Assembly: GCA_030704615.1 (NCBI GenBank)
Contig: JAKLZA010000046.1
Span: 1 to 25,000, forward strand
Length of the DNA stretch: 25,000 nucleotides
Reading direction: 5' to 3'
Source: Takakia lepidozioides
Taxonomy: Eukaryota > Plantae > Bryophyta
Under the pieces are notes generated by a model. It was not told the origin of the DNA. It saw only the letters and a program-made list of their open reading frames with translations, and searched no databases. Every line of letters begins with the position of its first letter. Positions within the stretch are counted from its first letter, which is position 1. The translations under genes were made by a program, and so were the position numbers. Shown here in pieces: positions 10,498-21,560 of the stretch.

Positions 10498-10848
10498 CAA
10501 ATATCAAACATTTCATAGACTCACGTGTGTAGGCGATCATCTTTGCCGTTAGGTTTTCAGTGCATTATGTCATGCACATGTGCTTGGAAGACAGTGGGAG
10601 TTCTAACTCAAAAGAGAAAGAATTCCTTGGTAGGGCAGCCACAGAGGATTATATGATATCCACAGACTTGCATTCAGGCTTCAGAAAAAAATTCTCTTGC
10701 TGCTGTTGGTTCCCGTACTAAGTCTAAAGAAGGGTCTCACAGAGAGCGCGGTAAAAATGGAAAGCGTCCACGGCTCCAGACCAGTTCCCAGCAGATTGGA
10801 CATCAAGAGTGCCAGGTCTAACGCCTCTCGCGCCCTTTTGCACACCCA

Positions 10849-10889
10849 CCCCATCCTCTCCCTCTCTCTCCCTCTCTCTCCCTCTCCTT
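10849..10889. repeat. CT-rich simple sequence repeat
   Basis: ccccatcctctccctctctctccctctctctccctctcctt. Confidence 0.7.
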
Positions 10890-10977
10890 AATTTGCACTC
10901 CAGCGGACCTCGATCACAAACACTCTCGAGGAGCTCTGTCGCTTCTCTTCTTGACCAGAGAGTATTTATATTTTCAC

Positions 10978-13620
10978 CTAACGCAAACTTCTTGTCTGCA
11001 AAGAATGTTCCATTAGATCTTGAAGAACGCCGAGGCTCGTGTCAACATATTCTGTTTCATGCATGTTCCAGTAATCCCCACAAGAACAAAACCCATCCTG
11101 GAAGTGGTGAATTCGATTGGAATCCTGGACCACAATTGTTCGTCCAACAACCTTGGAGATGAACTTGGTAGCAGTGTGGCAATCACCGCACACCCCCAGA
11201 TTTTTTATGACACATATAGGTGTCCCAAGGGGTGTACTGATCAGCCCATAGGCAATGGCTAGCTTCTCACTATGGTGGCAAAGAGAAGTCTCTTTTTGGT
11301 CCTCCTCCACATCATGCAATACAAAGCTCGTGTCAGGCATGTAGCCAGCCTCCTTCATCTGCTCAGACAATCTTTTCAGCTCAAAATGAATTTCTCCAAT
11401 TTGGGGATGTAATTTGTCTTCTACAGCAAATGTATGGACCAGATTGTCAATCTCAATACAGCTGTACCCTGGCTCCTTTTTCACACCTCTCTCCTCCATC
11501 AATTTTCTCACCCTTTCTTTATCATCCCACCTGCCAGCTGCAGCATAGATGTTTGATAGCAGCACGTAAGTTGTGGCATGATGTGGATCACATTTGAGAA
11601 GGCAATTTGCTGCACGCTCTGCTAGCTCCACATTGCAGTGGATTCGACAGGCACCAAGCAAGGCCCCCCACACAAAAGCCTCCGGCTTGACTGGCAAACT
11701 GTTAATGAATTTCTCTGCGCCATCCAACTGCCCTCCCCGGGCAAGAAGGTCCACCATGCAGCCAAAATGCTCCATTCTCGGAGTGAGGCCATGATCTCGA
11801 GTCATGGAGTCAAAGTAGTGACAGCCTTCATCCACTAGACCTGCATGGCTACAAGCAAAAAGAAGACATGTAAAGGTGATACTATCTGCCGTCAAGCCTT
11901 CCTGGCGCATTTGTTCAAATAGTTCAAGGGCCTCCCTACCACACCCATGCTGAGCATATCCTGCAATCATCACATTCCATGAGACCACATTTCGTTGAGC
12001 CATATTGTCGAACACTTCACGTGCATCCTGTATGCTCCCACATTTGGAATACATCTCGGCAAGGGCAGTCTCCAGAATGATATCTGATGCAATTCCAGCG
12101 GTGCTGATGTCAGCATGGACCTCTCTGCCCCTGTCCAGGGCAGCCAGGCTGGCACAAGCGCTGAGAATGCAAATGAACGTGACTTTGTTGGGTGTCACTT
12201 CTTCCTTCATCATGTGCTCATAGATCTCGAGAGCCTCCATACCGCACCCATGCTGGGCATATCCTGAGAGCATGGCATTCCATGAGATCACATTTCGCCT
12301 AGTCATATTGTCAAACACCTGACGTGCATCCTTTGTTCTTCCGCATTTGGCATACATGTCGACAAGAGCAGTCTCCAAGATGACATCTGGTGAGATTCCA
12401 GCTTTGATCAGTTCAACATGGACCTCTTTGCCCTTTTCTAAGTTTCCTAGGCTGGCACATGCATTCAGTACAGAAACGAACGTTACATTGTTAGGCATCA
12501 ACCCTTTGTGCATCATTTGCTCATACATCTCAAGGGCCTCTCTACCACACCTAAGCTGAGCATATCCTGCGATCATTGCACTCCATGTGACTACATTTCG
12601 TTTAGCCATGTTGTCAAACACTTGACGTGCGTCCTTTATGCTCCCACATTTGGCATACATGTCAACAAGTGTGTTCTCAAGAATGGCATCTGGTGCAATG
12701 CAACTTTTCCTCAAGTCCGCATGAATTTCTTTCCCCTTTTCCAGAGCTCCTAGTCTGGCACACGCATTGAGAACACAAATGTATGTTACCTTGTCGGGCA
12801 GCACTCCTCCTTCTATCATTTGTTCATATATCTCCAAAGCCTCCCCACCACACCCATGCTGAGCATAGCCTGCGATCATGGCATTCCATGAGACAACATT
12901 TCGTGTAGTCATATTGTCAAACACTTGACGTGCATCCTTTATGCTCCCGCATTTGGCATACATGTCAGCAAGGGCAGTCTCCATAATCGTATCTGACTGA
13001 ATTCCAGCTTTGACAATGACAGCATGGATCTCTTTGCCCTTCTCCAGGGCTCCTAGGCTGGTACACGCATTGAGAACAGAAATGAAGGTTACCTTGTCAG
13101 GCGTCACCCCTTCCTGCATCATGTGCCCATAGATCTCCAAAGCCTCCCTACCACACCCACACTTGGCATATGCTGATATCATTATAGTCCAAGTAAACAA
13201 ATTCCGTCCAGGCATTTCGTCAAAGACTTTGCGTGCATCCACCACACTCCCACACTTGGCGTACATGTTGACAAGGGTGTTGAGTAGAAAGATGTTTGGC
13301 TTGAATCCACTTTGGATAATGTGGGCATGCACCTGCTTTCCCTCTGCTAAATCTTTCATCTTAATACAGTCCTGCAAAACACGGAGATAAGTCTGGGAGT
13401 CTGCCCTAATGCCCTGTTGGTACCAAATGTGCAGTGCCTCATTCAGTTGCCCTGCCTTACTTGGTGTCCTCACAGCCCCAGGACTGCCAAAATTCTTGGT
13501 GAGTCCCTCTCTTGGCCCTCTTTCAAAAACAGTGGTGATGGTGGGCCAGTCCGATATCCAACAACCAACTGTGCCTGATTCAGCCCTGCAATCCTGCATG
13601 ACACACCTCTTACTTACCAC
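10978..13620 (-). CDS. PPR-C: PLS-DYW pentatricopeptide repeat protein (L-S-(P-L-S)x4-P2-L2-S2-E1-E2-DYW, PG type); putative C-to-U RNA-editing factor
   Basis: 880-aa ORF (GTG start; first ATG at 13599; homologous catgcag| acceptor near 13594). Has 17 PLS motifs, the PG box [15 protein letters not shown], the zinc-binding HSEKLA..CGDCH and [14 protein letters not shown], followed by a 29-aa extension. Confidence 0.96.
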   Translation of the reverse strand: MVSKRCVMQDCRAESGTVGCWISDWPTITTVFERGPREGLTKNFGSPGAVRTPSKAGQLNEALHIWYQQGIRADSQTYLRVLQDCIKMKDLAEGKQVHAHIIQSGFKPNIFLLNTLVNMYAKCGSVVDARKVFDEMPGRNLFTWTIMISAYAKCGCGREALEIYGHMMQEGVTPDKVTFISVLNACTSLGALEKGKEIHAVIVKAGIQSDTIMETALADMYAKCGSIKDARQVFDNMTTRNVVSWNAMIAGYAQHGCGGEALEIYEQMIEGGVLPDKVTYICVLNACARLGALEKGKEIHADLRKSCIAPDAILENTLVDMYAKCGSIKDARQVFDNMAKRNVVTWSAMIAGYAQLRCGREALEMYEQMMHKGLMPNNVTFVSVLNACASLGNLEKGKEVHVELIKAGISPDVILETALVDMYAKCGRTKDARQVFDNMTRRNVISWNAMLSGYAQHGCGMEALEIYEHMMKEEVTPNKVTFICILSACASLAALDRGREVHADISTAGIASDIILETALAEMYSKCGSIQDAREVFDNMAQRNVVSWNVMIAGYAQHGCGREALELFEQMRQEGLTADSITFTCLLFACSHAGLVDEGCHYFDSMTRDHGLTPRMEHFGCMVDLLARGGQLDGAEKFINSLPVKPEAFVWGALLGACRIHCNVELAERAANCLLKCDPHHATTYVLLSNIYAAAGRWDDKERVRKLMEERGVKKEPGYSCIEIDNLVHTFAVEDKLHPQIGEIHFELKRLSEQMKEAGYMPDTSFVLHDVEEDQKETSLCHHSEKLAIAYGLISTPLGTPICVIKNLGVCGDCHTATKFISKVVGRTIVVQDSNRIHHFQDGFCSCGDYWNMHETEYVDTSLGVLQDLMEHSLQTRSLR

Positions 13621-13779
13621 TCACACACTGCACGTCGAAATTCTTAACTACCACGAAGAAATATTTCCTTGCTATATGTCAGCAGGGTTTTACAACTGCT
13701 CCACTTATTTCCTTTTAGAGTAAACAGTACCCATTCCATCTGTTTAAGTTGACCCCCTTAAATCCTCGATTTTGGTGTT

Positions 13780-13919
13780 GGCCTGGAGCTCCAGGCTGTG
13801 CTCGACCTTGTCTCATGGCAGATAGCTCTTATTTCACCCAAGGAGGGTTCAACCTTCCATCAATCCAAAGGGCCTTCTTCATGCGCTTATTTTCCGAAGT
13901 CTGGTGAACCTGGACTTTT
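13780..13919 (-). pseudogene. Degenerate upstream exon of PPR-C containing the literal PDF core
   Basis: ctttaatag| acceptor. Translates KSPGSPDFG-(+1 nt)-NKRMKKALWIDGRLNPPWVK*ELSAMRQGRAQPGAPG, with one frameshift and one TAA. The donor is not recognisable, so the 3' boundary is approximate. Confidence 0.75.
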
Positions 13920-14141
13920 CTATTAAAGACACCAATGGGCAGCTCAGCAAGCTGTAACCACAACAGCCTCATATAGCCTAACTACGACAACCCTCCTGGA
14001 ACAACCTGGGAACGACCTACTGATTGCGACACAAAGAACGAATTTCTCATCAAGCTAAGCTACTGGAGCTCCACAAAATGTTATCATGCCAACTTCAATC
14101 ACAAACCCGGCTTGAAAACTCCCGAATGAAGATAGCCTAAC

Positions 14142-14221
14142 CTTGTCAAGCCTGTTGTCCCACGACTGTGACGGATCCGACGAAAAATTCTGCCACGAGA
14201 TTCCTATGCTTATTGTTTTAC
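14142..14221 (-). pseudogene. Upstream exon of PPR-C (first half of the PDF-like motif)
   Basis: atgcag| acceptor and aag|gttagg donor. Translates GKTISIGISWQNFSSDPSQSWDNRLDK. It is 80 nt, like the PPR-A exon. Confidence 0.72.
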
Positions 14222-14688
14222 CTGCATTCAACAACTGCAAGTCCATGAACAATTTTCCAGCTTCTCATTTCCCAGGCTCTTTTCGGAGTGATAGTGCTCC
14301 AAAAGAGATTTTTAGTAGCTCCTAACTGAATTGTGTCTTTGTTGAGAAATGCTGGTGTAGGCTTTCTATCAAACTAATCTCCCCCCACAATCACCACCCC
14401 TCTCTCACACACACACAAGCAATCACAGCCACATCGGTCAAATTGGAAGCTACAACGTAAAATCTGGAATCAAACCAATATTTGCTAGCACGATGTCTGT
14501 ACCTGCCCTTCCTGAAAACCCCAATTCGCTGATTGTAACCGCATCTCGTTGAGAAATATGGCATATGCAGGGTGGGTTTCCCATAGCCAAAGAACGGCCT
14601 CTCATCATCTCCCTTCCTTGCTCCATCCCTCAACACTCTGCAGTTCTTCAAGAGGTCCTCAAGAGGACTGCAGCGCAGGTGGACCTTC

Positions 14689-14761
14689 CCGTTAGCCTAT
14701 GGAAAACAGCAAACAGAAACATGATATTCCCGTTAACAAACGTTCCGTTAAGGTACCGTTA
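14689..14761 (-). promoter_or_regulatory. Cluster of four TAACGG (MYB / MSA-like AACGG core) sites
   Basis: CCGTTA at 14689, 14730, 14745 and 14756, all in the same orientation, in the divergent intergenic region between PPR-C and EB1. Confidence 0.4.
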
Positions 14762-14929
14762 CAGCCCTTCCAGATTAAATTACAAAAAAAGCTACATAAT
14801 CATTTAAGCTCCCACTGCCAGGCTTCCTGGCAATCATTCGAATGGCCCAAAATCATTGCCTTTAAGTTTTTTCTTACTTTAAGTTTTTAATTGCAAAAGA
14901 AAAGAAACGCTCCTACTACTTTAGTTTTG

Positions 14930-15400
14930 CTGTCCCTTGGGCCGACGAAATGTGGGGCCACCCCCCTCATGACCGGGTCGGCATCGAATATCGATGGGCC
15001 CATCCATAATGGCTGTCTAACATGCATCATGTTGATCATGCCACATCTATCCACATCACTTCTAATCATCCGGATTGGATGAATGAGGTGACGAACTGAT
15101 GAATGAAGGATGAATGACGAAGCGCGTTCGGACCGGTTCTCATCAGTCAGGTCGGCCGAGCGACGCTGTCGGACCGCGGGGCGGTGTGGTACAGGTACGT
15201 TCCGTCGCCGGCCGTCCGGTCGACAGACGACAGGAACGGATCATCCGACGGATGAATGTATCGGTCGACCGCGCGGATTGACCGTTGCTTTGGGTCATCT
15301 GACAGCCCCCTGTTGTCGGCACGTGGGGGTGCGCGAGTGGATTGTGAGGGCCCTACCAGGGGGACCCAGGTGCGGAGCGAGGTGCCGTCCCTGACCATAT
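14930..15400 (+). promoter_or_regulatory. GC/CpG-rich putative EB1 promoter
   Basis: CpG-dense stretch with TGGGCC (site II-like) at 14938 and 14995, G-box CACGTG at 15320 and CCGTTG at 15282. It is followed by a pyrimidine-rich 5'UTR/intron-like region before the EB1 ATG. Confidence 0.45.
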
Positions 15401-15711
15401 CTCGTGCTCTTCTTCTCTGCTCGCCTGCCGTTGTCGCATTCTCGTCTTTTGTGTTGTGTCTCGCTGCAGAGATCTGAGCAATTGCGTGCTGTTCTTGCAA
15501 GCTCTGCCGTTCTCGACCTAGTACGCAGTGTCGCCGCCTGCAGTTGTCTTTTAGGAGGCGGATTTTTTGGTCTCTAGTATTGTTAGTTCCTCACAGGACA
15601 TTCATTTTTTAGTTTCTTGCATCTCTGCTTTCTCAGACTGTGCGTGCGTTTCGCCGTAGCGTCATAGCCTGCCATCTCACTGCCATCTTCTTGTATACGT
15701 GCTATCTATTA

Positions 15712-15750
15712 TTCTTCTTCTTGTTTTCTTTCTTTCTTTCTTTCTTTCTT
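15712..15750. repeat. (TTC)/(TTTC)n simple repeat in the presumed EB1 5'UTR or leader intron
   Basis: ttcttcttcttgttttctttctttctttctttctttctt. Confidence 0.7.
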
Positions 15751-15999
15751 ATCTTTTGCTCCATTGTTGTGTCCCTGTTCTTACATATTGTGTGAGATCC
15801 ATACGCATCGAATTACTCTCTTGTCTATCTGTGTCAATCAGTGTGTCTCGGTCTCGCTCTGTTTTGATCCAATAGCACTCCTTACAGCATTGCTGATCGA
15901 TTCTTCCATCTATCTCTATCTACTACTTACATTCTTTGATTAGTTGTTTCTCGTTCTTGGAGAAGCACTAATTGGATTGTGGTGAGGGGAAGGAGAATC

Positions 16000-18900
16000 A
16001 TGGGGGCAGCGAACATTGGGATGATGGACAGTGCATACTTTGTGGGAAGAAATGAGATTCTGTCTTGGGTCAACTCCACTCTCCAGCTCACACTCAACAA
16101 AGTTGAAGAGGTATTCATTTCCCTTCTCCTCGTATTACTAGTTCTGATTGTCCAATGTCACAGCGACAGGATTCGATCACCTTGTCAGATTTATTTGGTC
16201 AAAACATATATGGCCTGGCGCCATGGGGTCTCTGCGGGAGAGGGATAGAGGGAGGGAGAGGGAGAGAGACTTAATGCACCCGAGACCAACATCTTCCCAA
16301 TAAAAACAGATATTCTATTGGTAGCATTGCCCCTGTAGTGGAACTCTTTTCAAGAGCCGAAATCGCATCTTCTCGCTGCGGGGTCATAGCCCCGCGAAAC
16401 ACCGTCAAGAAAGAAAGAGGCATTAGGAGAATACGACAGAACAATCACACATGAAAATGTAGCTTGAGCCAGGCATCATCGTGTACAGACACATACGAGA
16501 GGTTTTAAAAAAAGGATATATATATAGAATGTGATGGATTGTGTGGTGGAAGAAGAGTCCAAGACAGATACAGGCATGTGTAGAAGCTCTCGTGTAGGTA
16601 CTTCTTGTAGTGATAACTATCGAAGAATTAGCAAGCTGCCAGAAGTGGGAATGTGACATTGCACGCGGGGAATATGGACTGCTTATGCCCACCCCCTACA
16701 TGGGGCAGTATCCGCAAGGGTAACTGGCTCTTATTAGCCCTGGTTTCAGCCAGAGTCTTCTCTCTGGACCACTCACCTCTTTTCTTGTCATATTCAAGCA
16801 GTCTCTTGACTTCTGGAAGTTTGCAAATTTGCGAATTTGCAACCCTGCACTGCAAATCAGGGCCTAAAGCTGATCCATCACCATAACCAATTGAACGTGC
16901 ATATGTTTAAGGAGGGACACCTGACTCTACTGTTGGGTGGGCATATATAATATAGACTTGCAGCTTGCACATGCTTGCTTGCAGTAATCCATGGAAAGAG
17001 GGCAGCTCTCAACCACATTTGGAAAACATTGCCATCAAAGTGCTGACAACTTTTATCTCTCACCTGAGCTTCTTTGGTGTTTGCAGGCAGCGTCTGGTGC
17101 AGTCTATTGCCAGCTCATGGATGTAGTGCATCCCGGCATGGTAAATATGCACAAGGTAGTTGAACCTTGTCCTCTGTATGTACCTTGTGCACTATGATTT
17201 TGGGTGCATCAGGAGGGTGTTTCTTGTTGTATCTGCTGTTATAGCTATAGTTCTTGTCATGCATCATTGTGAACCATAAATTTACTATGATTATGAGTTC
17301 TGGTGATCTTGATAGTGGGTGGGAAAGTTTGGTCGTGTTTGTGGGCACGTGCTGGATGAAGGTCTGCATACGTCGCTTATCCTGTCTTCAATGTTGTTTG
17401 TCAAATTCTGTTTCCGCTTCACATGTATAGGTTACGTAGTGTACATTAATTCACAGAATGTGCATGAAACATACATATCTCATGCTTCCTTGCTATTCTC
17501 TTCTTTGTCGAAAGGGGTGCATCTGGGTCTGTTTTATGCGGTCCAAGTGTGAGACAGCTTGGGTCATTGGGATCTGTGCAGGTGAACTTTGAGGCAAAAT
17601 CAGAGTACGAGATGATCCAAAACTACAAGGTTCTGCAGGATGTATTCAACAAGCTCAAGATTGGCAGGGTACCTTTGCTTTACCAAGTTCTGGTCCCTGG
17701 TGCAGATGGGGCCAAACAAATAGTGAGATAGGATGGGAACAATTGTCACCATTTAGACTTATTAAATGGAGTTGCCCATATTTGCTTACAGTTCATTCTA
17801 CAATGTACAGATTTTGAGTTTCTTTTGGACTAAGTGAAAGAGAACTTGTCTGCAGCATATTGAGGTAAGCAAGCTGGTGAAGGGACGGCCACTTGATAAC
17901 TTGGAGTTCGTGCAGTGGATGAAGCACTATTGTGACTCCATCAACAATGGCCATGTCAATCCCAGGTAAGTATCTGTGTACGTATTGAAGTATCATGCAA
18001 TTGTCCTTCTGTTGGGACTAGCATTATTATCACCACACCATCATCCTACAGTCTAATTTAATCTGCTAGCTTCTTTGTAAGAAGCTAGACCCCAAGAAAC
18101 ACTGTACCTTTAGGTAAAGCTAAAGTGAAATTTCAGGTCCTACGTCTTAAGTGTTAATTGCTAAAGTGAAGATGCTGATAGTTGTGATTGGCTTTTCCCG
18201 CTGAGTGCTAGTGGACATCATAACTGAGTTTTCCTTCACTTCTGGAAATGGCAAAAACTCAGTGTGAAGACTTGTATCATGGTATTCCCATGAATTTGAG
18301 CATAGTAGTATCTGTGATCTACTCCCACTATCGGGGAGTTGGTGGGGAGTGGTGGCAGTTTGTCACTGTCACACCTGATGAAGTTGACGGTCTGAGTCTT
18401 GGTGATTGGCAACATAATGTTAAGACTTTTACTCTCTATGTTTCGGTAGTTTAGGTTTTAACTTGGACTGGTACAACATCTGGTTGAGTTTCCGTCTGTA
18501 TGGAGTTTTTACTCTTTACTTAGATGCTTCAAAATCTGGATTTCACAGCTACAATGCAGCAGAAAGGAGAGAGGCATGCAAGGGAGGGAAAGACGCAAAC
18601 AAAAAGGCTGTCGTGTCTGGCAACGGCCACTGTGCTCCTTCTAGCAAGGGTGCCTCCAATGCAGGGTCCTGGCCATGTATCCCAGCTGGTCACGGGTCAG
18701 CTTCAGTTCGCCGAAATGAGAATACTCATCCAAATGGCCCAAGTAAGTCTTCTTTGTTGACGTTCAAAGGCTGCTTTGGTTAGTGTGTTTTAAAATGAAG
18801 CAGTACTAGGATATCCTACGCTACTTCAATGCTCTCGTAGCCTAGAGAAATGTACTGGTGTATATTTTATGTTGCGGCCTAACATCTAGGGGGGGTTGCA

Positions 18901-20234
18901 ATACAGCAAGTGCAAGGGCACCCAAGGTCTCCACCGCAACTGCACCCCCAGCCCCTAAACAAGTACAAGCCCTCAATGAGCAGGTGAAGCCCACAACCCC
19001 CCCTTCTCCCCCACCCCAGAGTGCATCCTTCTTTTTGGGTTCTCCGCCTACCTTTCTTGTGCATGTCACTCAGCCCATACGAGCATGGGATGTATCTCTG
19101 ACTTGAGAGCAGAGGGCAAGGAAGAGAGGAGTTGAGAGAGCTTACTGGCAGGATATTTTCTTTGATGTGTGGGGATTCGTGTTCACCTTATATTCACACC
19201 TGCAACAGGTACATAGTACTGAAAAGCAAGACCCACATTTGTTGCAGGGTTACCCATACTGCCAGGAATCTGTTGGTGATCAGGGTTGGGAGAGAGTTTT
19301 GCCTTGTAGTCTGTGCCTGTATTTACACCTGCAGTTGGATGTGCCCAGACAAGTGCTAAAAACCAAGATCCATATGGGAAGCAGGTCACTGAGCTGAAGC
19401 TATCAGTGGACAGTTTGGAGAAGGAACGTGATTTCTATTTTGCAAAGCTTCGTGACATCGAAATTCTTTGCCAGAATCCGGAGCTAGGAAATCTCCCGGT
19501 ATGTATGGCTTGCCAGGTTGAGTGTGTGTTTCCTTGTTTCTTTATTTGTCTGTTTTAGTCTTCTGTGAATTAGTTGTACCTCTTGGCCTTCTGTGGACCT
19601 CATAGAATTTCTTCTTCTTTCTTTGTCTTAATGTTCCCTGAGACTAGTGGAGTATATGTAAAACATTGTTGCTGCTCTGTTGTCTACAATTGCATGCCAC
19701 CTGCTTTTCCATAACCTGCTGGCTCTGGCACAGGTGGACGCACTCCAAATCTTACAAGTGAATGCCTCACATAGAGTATCTAGAGTTAAGAGAAAATCTT
19801 TTCCATGAAGCCCCAGGAATTGACCCTGGTTTTGTTTGTCAAATTGACAGGTGGTTATGGCAGTCCAAAGAATCCTGTATGCTGCCGAGGACAGCCCGTC
19901 GGTAATTGCTGAAGCGCAGGCCATGGTGTTAGAGTGCGAGTCCAGCAGCGCTCCCCTCCACAATAGCCCTCCCCCTCGACAAAGCCCCGTGTGTGACATA
20001 GGCGAGATGGATGAGGACGATGACCTTGTTGGTGGGGATGAACCTCTCTTCACCAACATGGATGGCCTTGATGATGACTCCAAGCGCAAAGTCTATACGA
20101 GCAAGTCCTTGATCGATGTTGATGTGGCAGCTGAGCTAGCAGCCTCCTTGTCGCCAAGGCAACGGAGGGTCCCATGTGACTTTCTGCCAGTCTTGCCCTC
20201 CCTCCAGAATCCCTCTCCAGTGAGTGTCCAATAG
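16000..20234 (+). CDS. EB1: Microtubule plus-end binding protein EB1 (RP/EB family), EB1c-like tail; 8 coding exons, ~381 aa
   Basis: Exons 16000-16110, 17087-17155, 17582-17668, 17856-17965, 18549-18742, 18907-18983, 19385-19498 and 19851-20234, all GT-AG and phase-compatible (1146 nt). CH domain: [68 protein letters not shown] domain: [32 protein letters not shown]. Confidence 0.95.
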
Positions 20235-21393
20235 TCTTGGCATGTTACTCCTACACTCACGGGACTCTAGAACCTCGCGCTTCAAGTCTAGGGATGGCTG
20301 GAGAAGAGCTGCAGAGTTAACTTATCCCAGTACTATCAGTTATCCACTCTGCAGACAGCAAACAAAGCACATAAATCGGTCAGAAGTTCTCTGGCCATAA
20401 CCAGGCTCATCCTCATGATTTGAACCGGGACAGCAGGCATACTCTCCCCGCATCCCTGCCAGCTTGTACAATCTTCCTGCTCAGGGCTTCTCTCCCAAAA
20501 AGCCCTGGTCCCATTGAACGGGAAACCTCTAAAAGCAGTCTAGGGCATACTTCCATATGGAAAAGGGTTTGCCTTCTGCCCCACCACTTCCATGTAACAC
20601 CTGTTCTCCTATATTATGAGTCGCACTTACCTGCCACAAAAGATCCTGGGTACATATCCCCATTGCAAATGCTGGTTCTGTTTCCTTGGTTTTGTGTGCT
20701 AGATGAATCCACTACAACCACCTTGTTGGTTACTTGTTGTTGAGTACTGCCTTGTTGGTAGTACTCAAGAATGTCACAGCCAGCATAACATGGGTGAGAT
20801 GATCTGATGGCAAGAACTATGACTGCTCAAACATCTGGATCAAATAAAACAATGTTGTTGGAAATACCGAGTGAAACATTGAACTCTCAAAATGGCATGG
20901 ATGCTGCAGAAAAGTCTATCTCCTCGGGGGCACTAAGCTTGCATCAAATTGCTAAAACCAATCTTTGTTTAACGATACTCTTACAACAGCAACTGACATG
21001 ATCACATGGGTGCCACAGAAGATTGCTTGATCAATGGAGAAATGAAATGACATGAAAGAAAGCAACAAAGAAACAGGGAAGAATGGATATAGAGAAGCTT
21101 GCTTGCCAAAGTGAGAGCCGAGCCGAGTCCATAGGAGAAGAATGTGAGTAAGTATTGTTGGAAGAGAAATGAGACTCTGTGTCGTCAAAGACAAACAAAG
21201 CCCAGTGAAGCGGATCTCATCCAACGTTGAACTAGTAATGACTCACATATGGGGAGTGGGGAACGTTTTCACTAATAGAGCAAACGTTCTCCATGAGAAG
21301 CTTGTCAAAGGAACAAGCACCACCCCATGGTTCCTATGTAACGTATGAGGGGAACGTGAAGGGAAGGAGGGTCAGCCTAAAGCAGTGCAGGGC

Positions 21394-21414
21394 GAGAGAG
21401 AGAGAGAGAGAGAG
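21394..21414. repeat. (GA)10 microsatellite upstream of SEC13
   Basis: gagagagagagagagagagag, with further GA-rich sequence at 21515-21560. Confidence 0.85.
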
Positions 21415-21560
21415 CAGCACAAGAGCAAGCGCTGCAGACTCACACAACACAAGCGGGACTCCCTACAAGCGAACCAAAAGGAAGGTAAGGAGGGTTAAGC
21501 AGATAGTTTGCACAGAGGAGAGAGACACAGAGACACAGAGGGAGAGAGAGGGGTGAAGAG

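Noticed and set aside
11068-11480. Possibility that PPR-C is a U-to-C (DYW:KP; GRP/DRH/KPAxA) editing factor
   Set aside because: It has the canonical PG box, HSEKLA and ..CSCGDYW of C-to-U DYW:PG domains, with no KPAxAxIE or HAE signature.
2388-13390. Many short ORFs antisense to or overlapping the PPR genes (MLPHLAY.. etc.)
   Set aside because: They are shadows of the repeated PPR codons on the opposite strand or in other frames, recurring with the 303-nt period.
14391-14651. 86-aa minus-strand ORF as a transit-peptide exon of PPR-C
   Set aside because: Non-ATG start and ends in a stop. I found no convincing in-frame splice to the 14221 exon.
15110-15500. Overlapping GC-rich ORFs and short palindromes (tcatccg-a-cggatga, cggtcgaccg)
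   Set aside because: Expected by chance in a GC-rich promoter/5'UTR, with no protein or RNA family features.
18858-18906. Alternative EB1 exon-6 acceptor at tag|18890
   Set aside because: Phase-incompatible with the phase-1 donor after 18742. The cag|18907 acceptor restores the frame into the EBH domain.
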